Part shown: positions 1-10,461 of the stretch, in pieces
Layout: each line of letters opens with the position of its first letter
Position numbering within the stretch: position 1 is the first letter of the stretch
IMG/VR virus record: IMGVR_UViG_3300025849_000009
Length of the DNA: 64,000 nt
Source: a virus
Direction: 5' to 3' (one strand)
Position numbers and translations under genes: made by a program
Notes under the pieces: model-generated
Told to the model about the DNA's origin: nothing
Database searches by the model: none
What the model saw: only the letters and a program-made list of their open reading frames with translations

Positions 1-461
1 AAAATTCGTTTTACTAAAACTCTTTCAGTTTCATTTGGAATTTGCCCACTAACATTAATACTAGTTGTAAGTAAAGGATTTAAAAAGTCTTCAAAGAAAT
101 AATTAGGTTTTGTACCAAAATTAACTGGTCTAACAAAACTAGTTATGTCATTTGCAGGAGTTTTTAATCGTGTTGTAATAATACTTTGATATGTGCCATC
201 TGGTAATTTAATCCTAGTATTTCCCTTTCCTAAACCAGCTAAAGATTTTAAATTAACATCTAATCTTTCTAATTCTCTTTTCATGTAACCAAATGAAGGC
301 ACATAAACCGTTTTGGTTCCATCTTCAGTTAGTAATTCAAGAGGTACGTCTTTTTGATCTGTAGTTATCGCCTCATTAATTCTTTCAAATGTCTTTAAAG
401 AATTTGAATTAATTTCAAGTAGTTTCTTGAGCGAATTAGAAATAGAGTTATTAGTATTCAT
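1..461 (-). CDS. Large virion structural protein, N-terminal part only (runs off window)
   Basis: ATG at 461 directly after the stop of 463..2400; open frame MNTNNSISNSLKKLLEINSNSLKTFERINEAIT... continues to the window edge; absent from the ORF track because it is truncated. Confidence 0.75.
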   Translation of the reverse strand, partial: MNTNNSISNSLKKLLEINSNSLKTFERINEAITTDQKDVPLELLTEDGTKTVYVPSFGYMKRELERLDVNLKSLAGLGKGNTRIKLPDGTYQSIITTRLKTPANDITSFVRPVNFGTKPNYFFEDFLNPLLTTSINVSGQIPNETERVLVKRI

Positions 462-462
462 A

Positions 463-2400
463 TTATCTTAAAATATCGGCTTCAAATTGATAGTTAGCGT
501 AATCAATACACACTAATTCAATATATGGTTTATTTGTTATTAATTGAGTTGAGTCAACATTAAATATTAATTGATCAAAACCTCCAACTGAGTTTGTCCA
601 AAATTTAATATTATTTCCTGACATATTTATTTCATCAAATGTAATTTTGAAAGTTTGTCCGTTTTTCCACGAAACTAAACTATCGTCAATGTATATATTA
701 AGGTCACTTTCAGGCTCAGATGAGAATAATCCTTTTAAACTTAATCTGTTTGAAAACTCTTCAAGTCTAGACCAAATTGCAAATTTAGAAGATCCGTTCC
801 CCGCTACTCCTGCATCAAATTGAGTTACTGTAGATAATTTAGTAGCGATTGTTCTTGCTGCTATATTCCACAGGTATGGGCTATTTAGTGTATAACCATC
901 AACTGTGCTGTCAATTTTAATTTTATTAGGAATAGTTTTATCAACTTCTGTACCTTTTCCGGCAAATATAATATCTGTATTGTATTGTAATTCTACTGGA
1001 ATAGTCCCATCAATTAAAGAATTAATTTTAGTATGTGCTTTAGTTATTAATTCTAAAAGAGAATTTGAGTCCGCTAATTGAAGAGAACTACTTTGAAAAT
1101 CATCTTCTAATACTTTAACCTTTTTTGATAAAGCAGTTGTGTCTTCAGTAGAAGAAACAATATTTTCTATAGAATTTAATCTTTCTACAATAGCAGCATA
1201 TCTATTATTAGCTTGTATTAATAATTCGGTTGCATTTTCAAGGGCAGTTGTTGTGTCCATGAATAAATCCATAGAGAATGTTGTAAAATCATTTACACTT
1301 GTTTCTACACCAACATTATCTAATGAAGAATTAAATTTAAGATTTAATTTTAAAGAAAATGCATTACCATTTAAACCTGTAACTTCGTTTGGTTTAAATT
1401 TAATTTGTTCGTTAATTTTAGAACCAGGCCCATAAGCATCCTGTATATCATCCAAAATTAATATTCCATATAAGTTAGTCGCTCTATTCGCAGAAATAGA
1501 TTCGCTATAAATATCATAGTATACAAGGATAGCATTAAACGTAAACCTTTGTCCTTTTTTAGCAAAATCTAACAATGATTCTACTTCAACGTCATTGTTA
1601 ATTTCTTCATATGCAGTTGCATCGAAATTAATTCCAACACTATTAGTAGCATTAGTTTGAATATTATAATAAGCTCCACTACTTAACGTATATTCATCAA
1701 CAACAGCATTCATGTTTATGTTTGGATCAGGGTGTGTTTGTCCCTCTCTGCCCTCTACATAATCACTTGCGTATAATTTTGTTGCAGTTGTGTTATAATT
1801 TGTTGGTTTAAATAAAACAGTTGGAGTGTAACCCACTGAAGTAGGTACATTAATATAGACTTCATGATATGTGTTACCTTGATATGCAACATCATTTTCA
1901 GCATCTATTGTTCCTAAATATTTAACAACTCTATCATAGTTATCACTAGCAAATGTACCATTAACTTTTTCGGTATAATTACCAACAAGTGTTTGGTTAG
2001 AATCAGCTGCAATAAAATCTACTGCACCTAAAGAACTTAACCACTTAAAAAATATCTTTTCAGAATCTGATTGCAATATTATTGGATCATAATCATCGTC
2101 TTTTAACAACAGCTCTTCTAAGTTAAGTGCATAATTTTGGAATGTTTGTGCAAAATCCACATTGGGCATTCCAGCAATATATTCATCACCTGAAGGTTGT
2201 TTAAGATTTAATTCAAAATCTATCGTGTTAGAGCCATTAACAGAATCAGTAAAATCTGGAAGATCTAATAAAGCGTATTTACTAAACTCAAAATTTAAAT
2301 CTGAACTATTAAAAGCCCTAGTCATGTCTCTCGCAGAAGATGCGAAAGCATACATTGTGCCGCCCATGGGCTGCGGTATTCTAACTAGAGGAGTTGCCAT
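463..2400 (-). CDS. Putative virion structural protein (baseplate region), central coiled coil
   Basis: 645-aa ORF in a tightly packed structural operon; no recognised family. Confidence 0.55.
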   Translation of the reverse strand: MATPLVRIPQPMGGTMYAFASSARDMTRAFNSSDLNFEFSKYALLDLPDFTDSVNGSNTIDFELNLKQPSGDEYIAGMPNVDFAQTFQNYALNLEELLLKDDDYDPIILQSDSEKIFFKWLSSLGAVDFIAADSNQTLVGNYTEKVNGTFASDNYDRVVKYLGTIDAENDVAYQGNTYHEVYINVPTSVGYTPTVLFKPTNYNTTATKLYASDYVEGREGQTHPDPNINMNAVVDEYTLSSGAYYNIQTNATNSVGINFDATAYEEINNDVEVESLLDFAKKGQRFTFNAILVYYDIYSESISANRATNLYGILILDDIQDAYGPGSKINEQIKFKPNEVTGLNGNAFSLKLNLKFNSSLDNVGVETSVNDFTTFSMDLFMDTTTALENATELLIQANNRYAAIVERLNSIENIVSSTEDTTALSKKVKVLEDDFQSSSLQLADSNSLLELITKAHTKINSLIDGTIPVELQYNTDIIFAGKGTEVDKTIPNKIKIDSTVDGYTLNSPYLWNIAARTIATKLSTVTQFDAGVAGNGSSKFAIWSRLEEFSNRLSLKGLFSSEPESDLNIYIDDSLVSWKNGQTFKITFDEINMSGNNIKFWTNSVGGFDQLIFNVDSTQLITNKPYIELVCIDYANYQFEADILR

Positions 2401-2418
2401 CTATTCTTTAAGTTTTGT

Positions 2419-2985
2419 TTATACTATTGTTGTGTTGTGTGATGAGATGATATACCATTTATTATCAAAACATCTTAATGTAACTGTTGAGTTTAATCCT
2501 TCGAGTGTAATTGATGTAGCACCTAAAGTAGCTCCTGTACCAGATAACACTGATTTAGAACTACCGTCAACATTAACAATTGTTGCCTCTTGTCCATCTA
2601 CCGCTTCCGGTAATGTAAAGTGACTATCAATAAAGTAAGTAACCGCAGTTATTGAAACTGGTGTAACTTGTGTTGTTGGTGTAGCAGCAGTTCCTAAAAC
2701 TCCGCTTTTTACTAAATCTCCATCTACTTTTACGGATGAATTAAAAATTGCAGCATTGCTAAACGCGGCACCTAAATTATTTACCACCAATAAGTTAGCA
2801 CCGTTTTGTGTAACAGTTAATGATGAAGTAGATACGCTAGCGATTCCACTTAAAGTTAAGGTAGTTGGGTTTAACAAGGCCGTAACAGATGCTAACTCAT
2901 CATTTAACAACTCAAAGTTGCTATTGATGATCGGTCTCGATGAAGAAACTGAATCAGTTCCTAAAATTTCAGTAATGTTTGCCAT
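2419..2985 (-). CDS. Putative structural/fibre-associated protein
   Basis: 188 aa, S/T/V-rich beta composition; N-terminal 'SRPIINSNFELLN' segment typical of phage fibre anchors. Confidence 0.5.
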   Translation of the reverse strand: MANITEILGTDSVSSSRPIINSNFELLNDELASVTALLNPTTLTLSGIASVSTSSLTVTQNGANLLVVNNLGAAFSNAAIFNSSVKVDGDLVKSGVLGTAATPTTQVTPVSITAVTYFIDSHFTLPEAVDGQEATIVNVDGSSKSVLSGTGATLGATSITLEGLNSTVTLRCFDNKWYIISSHNTTIV

Positions 2986-2999
2986 TTTTATTGTTTTTA

Positions 3000-5744
3000 T
3001 TATTTTACTTTTAACATGTTCCTATTTACAAGGTTTTTATTTCCATTTGTATCTTCAGTTTCTAGCTGAATATTGTAGTACCCAGGTTCTTTAAAGATAT
3101 ATGTAAGCCACATATTATTATAGTATATATCAGTGATTTTTGGGTTAGTTATATTTGTGATAGTCCATTTAGCATTTTTACTTCCAGGAAATCTAGAAAT
3201 ATCTGTTGAAAACGTAACATGTGTAGACCTTTCAACCTCTGCATAATCATTAAATACTCTGGTGTCGTCCCATGTTGGATTATAATGTTGTACGTGAATT
3301 TCACCACTAATATTAGCGTTTGATGAATTATTAATTTTTATTATTGAAGCATCTTCAAAATCATAAGTTTTTGAGTATTCTTTTCCTACAACTAATATAA
3401 ATTTAAAAACATCGCTTACATCATTATCGTCAGAATCTTCAAATATTGCATTATAATTAAATTTACTAATAACATAGTCCTCACTTTGTTGTAATTCATT
3501 CATTATTTGAGTCCAACCGTTTACATCATTAAATGTAGTTGGCGTAGCATTAACTATTTGATGAGATCCTGTGCTTATTTCTCCAGTTTTTGGATCTTTG
3601 TGTGTTATTACTAAGGTGTCACCTTGTTGTATATCGTTTATTTTAAAACTAGAAGTTAAATCAGGTCCAACTCTCATGAAATGCCACGCTAAATGTTCAG
3701 TGTCTTTCCAATCAAAAGTTGATTCGTCCCATGTATATGGTCCAGTAGTTTCACTATATGCAGTTTCAGAATAAATATCTAAATATCTACTAACAGTTGA
3801 AAATCTAACACCTTGATCCTCTTCAAAATGAATGTAATTAGCTCTGTCTAATGTTAAATAAAGAGTAGCAATATCATCATCGATAGTTGTTACATTATCT
3901 TGAGGTTGATTCCAATAACCACCTGATTTTTGCCATGTCAAATCTTTATTATCCCATGAATCATCTTCTAGCCACTTATATATGCCATATAATTCTAGAT
4001 TTTTAAGTTTTACATCTATTAGATCTTTCATTCTATAATGAGATCTGTGTCCAAAGAGATCATATGTTCTCATCTCGACAGTATATATGTCATTATGTGG
4101 TAATATCAACGGAAGGATCAAATAATCATCTATCGCACCTCTATAAGTCTGGTTATACCCTTTATTTTTACTTGTAACAATCCATTCTATTTCATAAACC
4201 CATGCTTTCCACCAATCATTCCATGTAACTAACAGTGTATCATTTGGATTATGAGCATCTTCCCATGTAAATTTAGCCTCGTCCCAAATATCATCAAACG
4301 ATTCTGTACCGTCTAATAACACAGGACATCCAATTGGAATATTAGGATTATAAGAATATAATTCTTGATTATGATATGTTTCATAAAACTCTCTAAATAT
4401 ACTCTTTAATTCTGTTCTATTATTTGGGGTTAACGTATGCTCTTGTCCACTTTTAGTATTTAAAAATAAATTATAATTACTGGAATCATTATTTTGATCA
4501 AGCGATGGTTTTAAGACCATTGACATGTCTTCTATAAATAACTGTCTATCGTTAGGAAATACATTAAACTTAATATTATGCCCTTCACTAAAGAAATCAA
4601 TACCGTTTTGAATATTCCATACGTTTATATTTCTTTGAGCGAAATAATCTCCTTCAGCAGTAATATCTATAATTTTTGCTTGAAGCGGTAAATAATCTTT
4701 TTGTAACTTTGCCTTTAAACCATATAGTTTAATAAGTACTTCTTCTGGTGTATAATCAAAAACCTCATCAACATTAGGAATATCCCAATGATCAAACGTT
4801 CCATTAGGCTCGTTTAACCTGTATACAAGACTAAACTTGCTAGTTTTTTTCATTGTACTAGAAGGAAGCTTAAACGCTAATTTCTTTCTAGTGTTTTCAC
4901 CCCTAACAGACGAGTTAGGAACTGGAACTGCAAATAATTTACCAAAGTTCTTAACAGAATTATTAACATTTAGCCAGTATTCCTTCAACGTTATTTTATC
5001 ATAACCAAAGAAATCTATTGCATTTAATATTGCTTTATATGTACCAACAAATGGTTTTATATTGTGTAATTCTAAAAGCAATTCCTTTCTTTTCTTATTC
5101 AGTAATTTATAATCAGGTGACATTTCACTAATGTCATGATCTTTGAATAACATAAAATCAGATTCGTCCAACGTAGCTCCAAAATTTTGAAGAAGAATTT
5201 TAGTTCTTTCATCTTCAGCAACTACTTCACCATAAACTTCAATATCCGCTATAAGTGTTTTTACACCCGCCGCACTATGATAAACGTGTAAGTTTCTAAC
5301 ATGTGGCCCAGCTTTTAATGAATTTAATGCTATATTAATTTGAATAGCTGTACTATCTTGTTCCCACAGCGCTTTAGTACCGTCATTGAATACCGCAACT
5401 TTACTAAAATCTATTAGATCAATAGTTTGAGATTTTAACTCTTTAATTACTGGAAGATTTCCAGAATGATCTACATTATATAGTGTAATATCTTTACTAC
5501 CAAATCTAGTATCTTCACTCCATTCAAATATAAATTTATCGTTGTCTGGTGTTTCAGATACTGGGAAATTTATAATAGGGTCTCCGAATAATTCACACTC
5601 TTCTAATATAAATAAATTAATAGTTTCGTATAAACCAGCAGAAACCTCAGATAAATGTACGGTTCCTTGATAAACATCAGAGTTATCCTTTACGAAGTTT
5701 AAATCATATTCTAATCCTTTAAAAAATCTTAAATTATCGTACAT
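3000..5744 (-). CDS. Putative baseplate wedge subunit (T4 gp7-like) with C-terminal PKD/Ig-like domain
   Basis: 'KPFVGTYKAILNAIDFFGY' wedge-like motif; follows a gp6-like gene; C-terminus 'YIFKEPGYYNIQLETEDTNGN' is PKD-like. Confidence 0.5.
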   Translation of the reverse strand: MYDNLRFFKGLEYDLNFVKDNSDVYQGTVHLSEVSAGLYETINLFILEECELFGDPIINFPVSETPDNDKFIFEWSEDTRFGSKDITLYNVDHSGNLPVIKELKSQTIDLIDFSKVAVFNDGTKALWEQDSTAIQINIALNSLKAGPHVRNLHVYHSAAGVKTLIADIEVYGEVVAEDERTKILLQNFGATLDESDFMLFKDHDISEMSPDYKLLNKKRKELLLELHNIKPFVGTYKAILNAIDFFGYDKITLKEYWLNVNNSVKNFGKLFAVPVPNSSVRGENTRKKLAFKLPSSTMKKTSKFSLVYRLNEPNGTFDHWDIPNVDEVFDYTPEEVLIKLYGLKAKLQKDYLPLQAKIIDITAEGDYFAQRNINVWNIQNGIDFFSEGHNIKFNVFPNDRQLFIEDMSMVLKPSLDQNNDSSNYNLFLNTKSGQEHTLTPNNRTELKSIFREFYETYHNQELYSYNPNIPIGCPVLLDGTESFDDIWDEAKFTWEDAHNPNDTLLVTWNDWWKAWVYEIEWIVTSKNKGYNQTYRGAIDDYLILPLILPHNDIYTVEMRTYDLFGHRSHYRMKDLIDVKLKNLELYGIYKWLEDDSWDNKDLTWQKSGGYWNQPQDNVTTIDDDIATLYLTLDRANYIHFEEDQGVRFSTVSRYLDIYSETAYSETTGPYTWDESTFDWKDTEHLAWHFMRVGPDLTSSFKINDIQQGDTLVITHKDPKTGEISTGSHQIVNATPTTFNDVNGWTQIMNELQQSEDYVISKFNYNAIFEDSDDNDVSDVFKFILVVGKEYSKTYDFEDASIIKINNSSNANISGEIHVQHYNPTWDDTRVFNDYAEVERSTHVTFSTDISRFPGSKNAKWTITNITNPKITDIYYNNMWLTYIFKEPGYYNIQLETEDTNGNKNLVNRNMLKVK

Positions 5745-6028
5745 TATTTGGTTTTCTTTGTGTTTTCGTCAACGGTATAATTTTTAAAATTATTTAAATA
5801 TCTTGCGCCTTTTAATAAATTCTTTAATGCGTCATCTAAGAATATTAAAAAATGTTGCATGGTTTGATTTCTTTGAATGTGACCAGACAAAGATCTGCTA
5901 ATAAATTCCCCTGGAGCTAACTCATCATTGTAGTTAAATCCCGTATGTAATCTATCATCCTTTCTAGATTTAACAGAATCGTATCTTCTACGTTGTCTAT
6001 AGTTAAATAAATTTGTAAATAAACCCAT
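5744..6028 (-). CDS. Hypothetical protein (baseplate operon)
   Basis: 94-aa ORF with 1-nt stop/start overlaps on both sides. Confidence 0.6.
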   Translation of the reverse strand: MGLFTNLFNYRQRRRYDSVKSRKDDRLHTGFNYNDELAPGEFISRSLSGHIQRNQTMQHFLIFLDDALKNLLKGARYLNNFKNYTVDENTKKTK

Positions 6029-7857
6029 TATTTAAGTGCCTTTCTATTTCCAGCTTGTACTCTAGTGTATATTGTTCTAGGTACAGGATCTGCTTCAAAG
6101 TTTATACTTACCGCAGCTTCAGCGTTAATTAATACATCGTCTTCCATGACGTCACCGTCTCTATCTAACCATCCGCCTCTAAAAACAGCAACTTCTTCTT
6201 TTTCCATTATAATATCACCCCATTGATCTAATCCTTTTACCTTAGGAGGAATAATAGTATTTTCATCAACTGGAACCACTTTTACATCCTCTATTTTCTT
6301 AAAGAAAACATGTTTTTGTTTTCCATTTCCTACAGTTTCCAATGTTACTGGTTCTTGTGGAACTACTGTAGTAGTAATTGATTCATAATAACCAAGTCTT
6401 CTTGCAGTCTCTTCCGTCTCTGAAATAAATCTAACATTCACAGCGTCAATACCTGCAACCTCTTCTAAGATATAAATAATATCAGACTTAGGCAGTTTAT
6501 CTCTTCTCGTTATATTTAGTAAGTATGTAGACATTCTCTCTCTTACCGCTGTGTAAATCTCATCCTTAGTATAGCCTTCAAAGAATCTAATATTAATATC
6601 AATACTATATTTTCTTATTTGCGGCCTAACAAAAACAACTTCAGTTGTTACCATTTGTTGACCACTATCTTCTAAAACCTTATGCATTGCATCATACTCA
6701 CCTTGATCAAAGAACATTTCTTCTTGTGGTACAGTAAAGTAATCTTGATTTTTAGCTAACTTCTTATTAACATCTGGCACTGCAAATATATAAATAACAT
6801 TATCGTCATCTAAATATTGATCGTCAGTTGTGTTATATGCATCTATATAAGAGAACATATTGTATCTTGACAGAAAGTATTCATAGTTATCGGGTGTAGC
6901 TAATACAAATGATTTACTTGCAAGCGGTGTCATTATTTTTGTAAATTGAGTATTCTCTCTATCGCTACCCATTTTTGGAGATGATGTAACAGTTACATCT
7001 AAAAATTCATTTAAATCATGTTCTGTTCCATTAGAATCATAACCAGTTGCATCCCACTTAATAGTTAAATCAGGTGAATCATCTAAATTACCAGCAATTC
7101 CAGAATGTTTTACATATTCTACTTTAATACTAGCACCATTAGGTGGCACCATTCCAAAACTTCCATTTCCAAAATAAAGATCCAAACCTCCACTAATACC
7201 TGTTTTAATTAAATACGCCTTCTCATCAGATAACAGATCATAAAGTGATTCATGTTTTGTCCACTGTTCACCATTAACACTTACGGTAACTTTACTGTGA
7301 TCAGTGATTCCACCAGTATTAATGTTAAATGATTGTAATTTTTCACCGTTAGAAGTCACGGTTTGTGATTCAAATTTACCTTGAATTATTGCACTTTTAA
7401 ATGCGTTATAATTTGTTTTTTCTAATTTAAATAATTCAACAGAATTTAATAAAGTATATGTCATTCCGTTAGCATCAAATTTAATTTCTGATCTACCATT
7501 AATATTTAATAAACTTCCTGCTATTTTTGCCATATCAGCACCGGGCTTCCATCTAAATATAATTTCACCAGTAGAAGCAAACCCTCTTGTCGCATCATGG
7601 CCTGTCAATCGTGACATACCATATATTGATTCCGGTTGTTGTGCAGTATATATGTTTTGCTCTACTACAGAATCTTCAATATAATACATAATAAGATCCA
7701 TCATTTCTGATAGTACACTTATTATCTGTGCAAACGGTGAAGCTAAAGTAAACAAAGTGTTAGCCCTATTGTATACCCTAGAAATATAAGTTCTAGCATC
7801 AGCCTTAATAGACTCTGCTCCCGTTCTAATTGTACTTAAAAATTTTAATTCTGCCAT
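6028..7857 (-). CDS. Baseplate wedge subunit (T4 gp6 / baseplate J-like)
   Basis: 'ESIYGMSRLTG', 'LYFGNGSFGMVPPNGASIKVEY' and 'LATPDNYEYFL' motifs of the gp6/J family; next to a gp25-like gene. Confidence 0.8.
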   Translation of the reverse strand: MAELKFLSTIRTGAESIKADARTYISRVYNRANTLFTLASPFAQIISVLSEMMDLIMYYIEDSVVEQNIYTAQQPESIYGMSRLTGHDATRGFASTGEIIFRWKPGADMAKIAGSLLNINGRSEIKFDANGMTYTLLNSVELFKLEKTNYNAFKSAIIQGKFESQTVTSNGEKLQSFNINTGGITDHSKVTVSVNGEQWTKHESLYDLLSDEKAYLIKTGISGGLDLYFGNGSFGMVPPNGASIKVEYVKHSGIAGNLDDSPDLTIKWDATGYDSNGTEHDLNEFLDVTVTSSPKMGSDRENTQFTKIMTPLASKSFVLATPDNYEYFLSRYNMFSYIDAYNTTDDQYLDDDNVIYIFAVPDVNKKLAKNQDYFTVPQEEMFFDQGEYDAMHKVLEDSGQQMVTTEVVFVRPQIRKYSIDINIRFFEGYTKDEIYTAVRERMSTYLLNITRRDKLPKSDIIYILEEVAGIDAVNVRFISETEETARRLGYYESITTTVVPQEPVTLETVGNGKQKHVFFKKIEDVKVVPVDENTIIPPKVKGLDQWGDIIMEKEEVAVFRGGWLDRDGDVMEDDVLINAEAAVSINFEADPVPRTIYTRVQAGNRKALK

Positions 7858-7874
7858 TATTTATGTATACTTTT

Positions 7875-8231
7875 TTATAGCATGCTTATTTTTATAGCAT
7901 ATCTACTATCTATCGTAATATCTATGAACGCAATATCTCTAACCTCGCCTTGAACAAAGTCAATGTTTACTTGAACATTGTATTTTGATGCTAATGGGCA
8001 ATATGCATTAATCTGATCTACTATCACCGATTTGATATTATGTTCACTAGAATTGAAATCATATATAAGTGTTTCTAAATCACATCCAAACTTATGATCC
8101 CCCATAACTTCACCGCTATTAGTAAATAAAATTGTTTGAATCTGTGTGATCAACATTTCTATTTCACCATTAGTCTGAACTTGATCTTCGTCGTAATTAG
8201 GATCGCTAGGATATTTTATATATAATTCCAT
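7875..8231 (-). CDS. Baseplate protein gp25-like (GPW/gp25 family)
   Basis: 'ILFTNSGEVMGDHKFGCDLETLIYD' matches the gp25 pattern T..GE.......FG..L...F; 118 aa. Confidence 0.85.
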   Translation of the reverse strand: MELYIKYPSDPNYDEDQVQTNGEIEMLITQIQTILFTNSGEVMGDHKFGCDLETLIYDFNSSEHNIKSVIVDQINAYCPLASKYNVQVNIDFVQGEVRDIAFIDITIDSRYAIKISML

Positions 8232-8253
8232 TTATTTATTTATCTTCTTTTAT

Positions 8254-9096
8254 TTATGAATGCATCATCCAATCAACACCTTCGTCTCCTTGAATCTCTT
8301 CGTTAATCTCCGATAACTCATCATCGCCCATACTTTTAATAGCATCATAATCAAAATCAACATTACCAGGAAGGGCAAATTTAAAAATTGCTAATTTAGA
8401 ACCAATAGATTGTTTTATTTTTGCACTCACATATCTAAAGAATATTTCATCTGAATATAGTGCACAATCAGGGATAGTTTCATATATTTCTAAAATAACA
8501 TCGCCCTTTGGTGTATCACCCATAAATTTTAATTCTCCAGTTAAACTAGAATAATGAAATGAAATAGGGTTTTCAAGTATTTGTCTAGATAAATCTGCCA
8601 TAGAAGCGTTCAATACGTAATATTGTAGCTCTTCTGCGGCTTCAGCCATACCTGAACCTTCATACATTCCTCTAAATAGCATTCGCTCCATTGAAAAGTC
8701 AGAGCCTCCTTGGAATCTCACATCCATTCCGCCTCCGCCTCCATTCCAACCCGAAGCTAAGTCATATAAACCATATACTGAATATACACCTCCACCTCCA
8801 TCTGCACTTGGCCCAGGCAATGTAAGTGCTCTGTGACTTTTAAAGTGTGATGTACTAAATACACTATTAGGGATGTGGTATAAATTTTCTTTTACAGAAT
8901 ATTCATATTTTTTATAAAACCATTTTTTAGCTCTTTTGATTATATTAATAATCTCTTTTTGTGGCAAATTAATAGGTACCATACATGCTCCAGTAATATC
9001 ATCTCCTATTTCTTCTAAAAATGTATTTAGACAATTTGGATCGAAATTTCTACCAGAGGTTAAATCTTGGTTTGAACCGCTTCTAATTTCACTCAT
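8254..9096 (-). CDS. Neck protein (T4 gp13-like)
   Basis: C-terminus 'YVSAKIKQSIGSKLAIFKFALPGNVDFDYDAIKSMGDDEL' resembles the gp13 'LPGGVT.DG..' C-terminal motif. Confidence 0.65.
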   Translation of the reverse strand: MSEIRSGSNQDLTSGRNFDPNCLNTFLEEIGDDITGACMVPINLPQKEIINIIKRAKKWFYKKYEYSVKENLYHIPNSVFSTSHFKSHRALTLPGPSADGGGGVYSVYGLYDLASGWNGGGGGMDVRFQGGSDFSMERMLFRGMYEGSGMAEAAEELQYYVLNASMADLSRQILENPISFHYSSLTGELKFMGDTPKGDVILEIYETIPDCALYSDEIFFRYVSAKIKQSIGSKLAIFKFALPGNVDFDYDAIKSMGDDELSEINEEIQGDEGVDWMMHS

Positions 9097-9097
9097 T

Positions 9098-10408
9098 TTA
9101 TTCTCTTATTTTTTTACTTACAACAATCTCAGTATCTTCAAATCTAGCATCTTTTGTTTTGAAACCCTCTCTGAATATACCTCCAACCATTTTACCTTTA
9201 AACATAGTATCTCTACCTGCAACATAACAGTTTATTAATTCACAACTACCATGTGTGTAGCTAGATTCTACCTTTGATTCTTTTACTTTAGTGCCTTTAT
9301 ATAAACTACCATACATGATAGCAGATCCAGTTATTTCACACCCATAAAAACTAGAATTAGTTACATTTCCAGCTATTTCACAATCTATAAATTCAAAATC
9401 TTCTAGTTGATAAACAGTTGGAAACTTTCCATCTTTTATTTGTGTGGCCCCATAATTAGAATCATAATTAATTAAGCCGGCAGTCATAGATCCATTTACT
9501 ATAAGATCTACTACTCTATTCTTAAACCTCTCCCATTGCAATTTAATAATAACTGGGTTATCCACTAGATCCACCAATATAGTTATGTCGGGATAATATT
9601 CAGATACCTTAGAGTAATCCTTTAGTATATCTGAGATAGGTTTATTTTTATTTAAAATTCTCTGTAATTCTATTTTATTCTCATCATTAAATCTAGAGTC
9701 ATTACATGAATTCCACATTTGCATTAAAAATCTTTCAGTTAGATAAAGAATATCATCTGACTTTTTCTCATAGTCAGTTCCACCAATATATCTAAATTCT
9801 AAGTAATTCTTTTCTTTTTTGGAAAAATTAATTCCGTAATATTTTGTATCAGCAAATTTAAAATTGTTTGATGCTATATGATTACCATCAAAATGAAATG
9901 CTTCAATTTTCGGCATTACCCATTTTACGCTCTTTGCATATGTAGAATTTTCACGTTCAGGGAAAAACTTATAGATTTGTTTCTCATCAAATTCTAAAAT
10001 AAACTTAAGAACATTCATTTTAGAAATAAGATCTTTGTCTTCGAGATACTTTTTATCGAAAGACAAATTTATATGAATTGATGCTCTATCATTAGTATAT
10101 CCATTTTCAGATATCCATTTTAACATCTTAATAACCACTAATCTGGCATTTCTATATGGGATAGGTCCCGTAACCAACTCTGCCAATCCTTTACCACCAG
10201 ACATGTCAGGTTCAATTTTAAATTCTTCAGCAGATGGTTGAAAATCAGAATGTGCTTTATCTTCTAATCTAATCTTTCGATCTAGAAGTTTTTCCAGAGA
10301 CTTTCTGGTTACTTCTAGATCGAGGTTAGAATAGAACTCAAACTCAACACCCATGAGTGCTGAGTTTAGGATTGATTCTCTCGGAGAATCTATAGTTAAT
10401 TTTTGCAT
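9098..10408 (-). CDS. Putative amidoligase (COOH-NH2 ligase) with C-terminal beta-repeat extension
   Basis: GVEFEF, EPDMSG, ELVTGP, SIHINLS, KYYGIN and LEFRYIGG motifs in the order typical of phage amidoligases. Confidence 0.8.
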   Translation of the reverse strand: MQKLTIDSPRESILNSALMGVEFEFYSNLDLEVTRKSLEKLLDRKIRLEDKAHSDFQPSAEEFKIEPDMSGGKGLAELVTGPIPYRNARLVVIKMLKWISENGYTNDRASIHINLSFDKKYLEDKDLISKMNVLKFILEFDEKQIYKFFPERENSTYAKSVKWVMPKIEAFHFDGNHIASNNFKFADTKYYGINFSKKEKNYLEFRYIGGTDYEKKSDDILYLTERFLMQMWNSCNDSRFNDENKIELQRILNKNKPISDILKDYSKVSEYYPDITILVDLVDNPVIIKLQWERFKNRVVDLIVNGSMTAGLINYDSNYGATQIKDGKFPTVYQLEDFEFIDCEIAGNVTNSSFYGCEITGSAIMYGSLYKGTKVKESKVESSYTHGSCELINCYVAGRDTMFKGKMVGGIFREGFKTKDARFEDTEIVVSKKIRE

Positions 10409-10461
10409 ACTAAGATTATGATATTACCGTTTGATTATATATCACACTCTCGTTGCAATAG

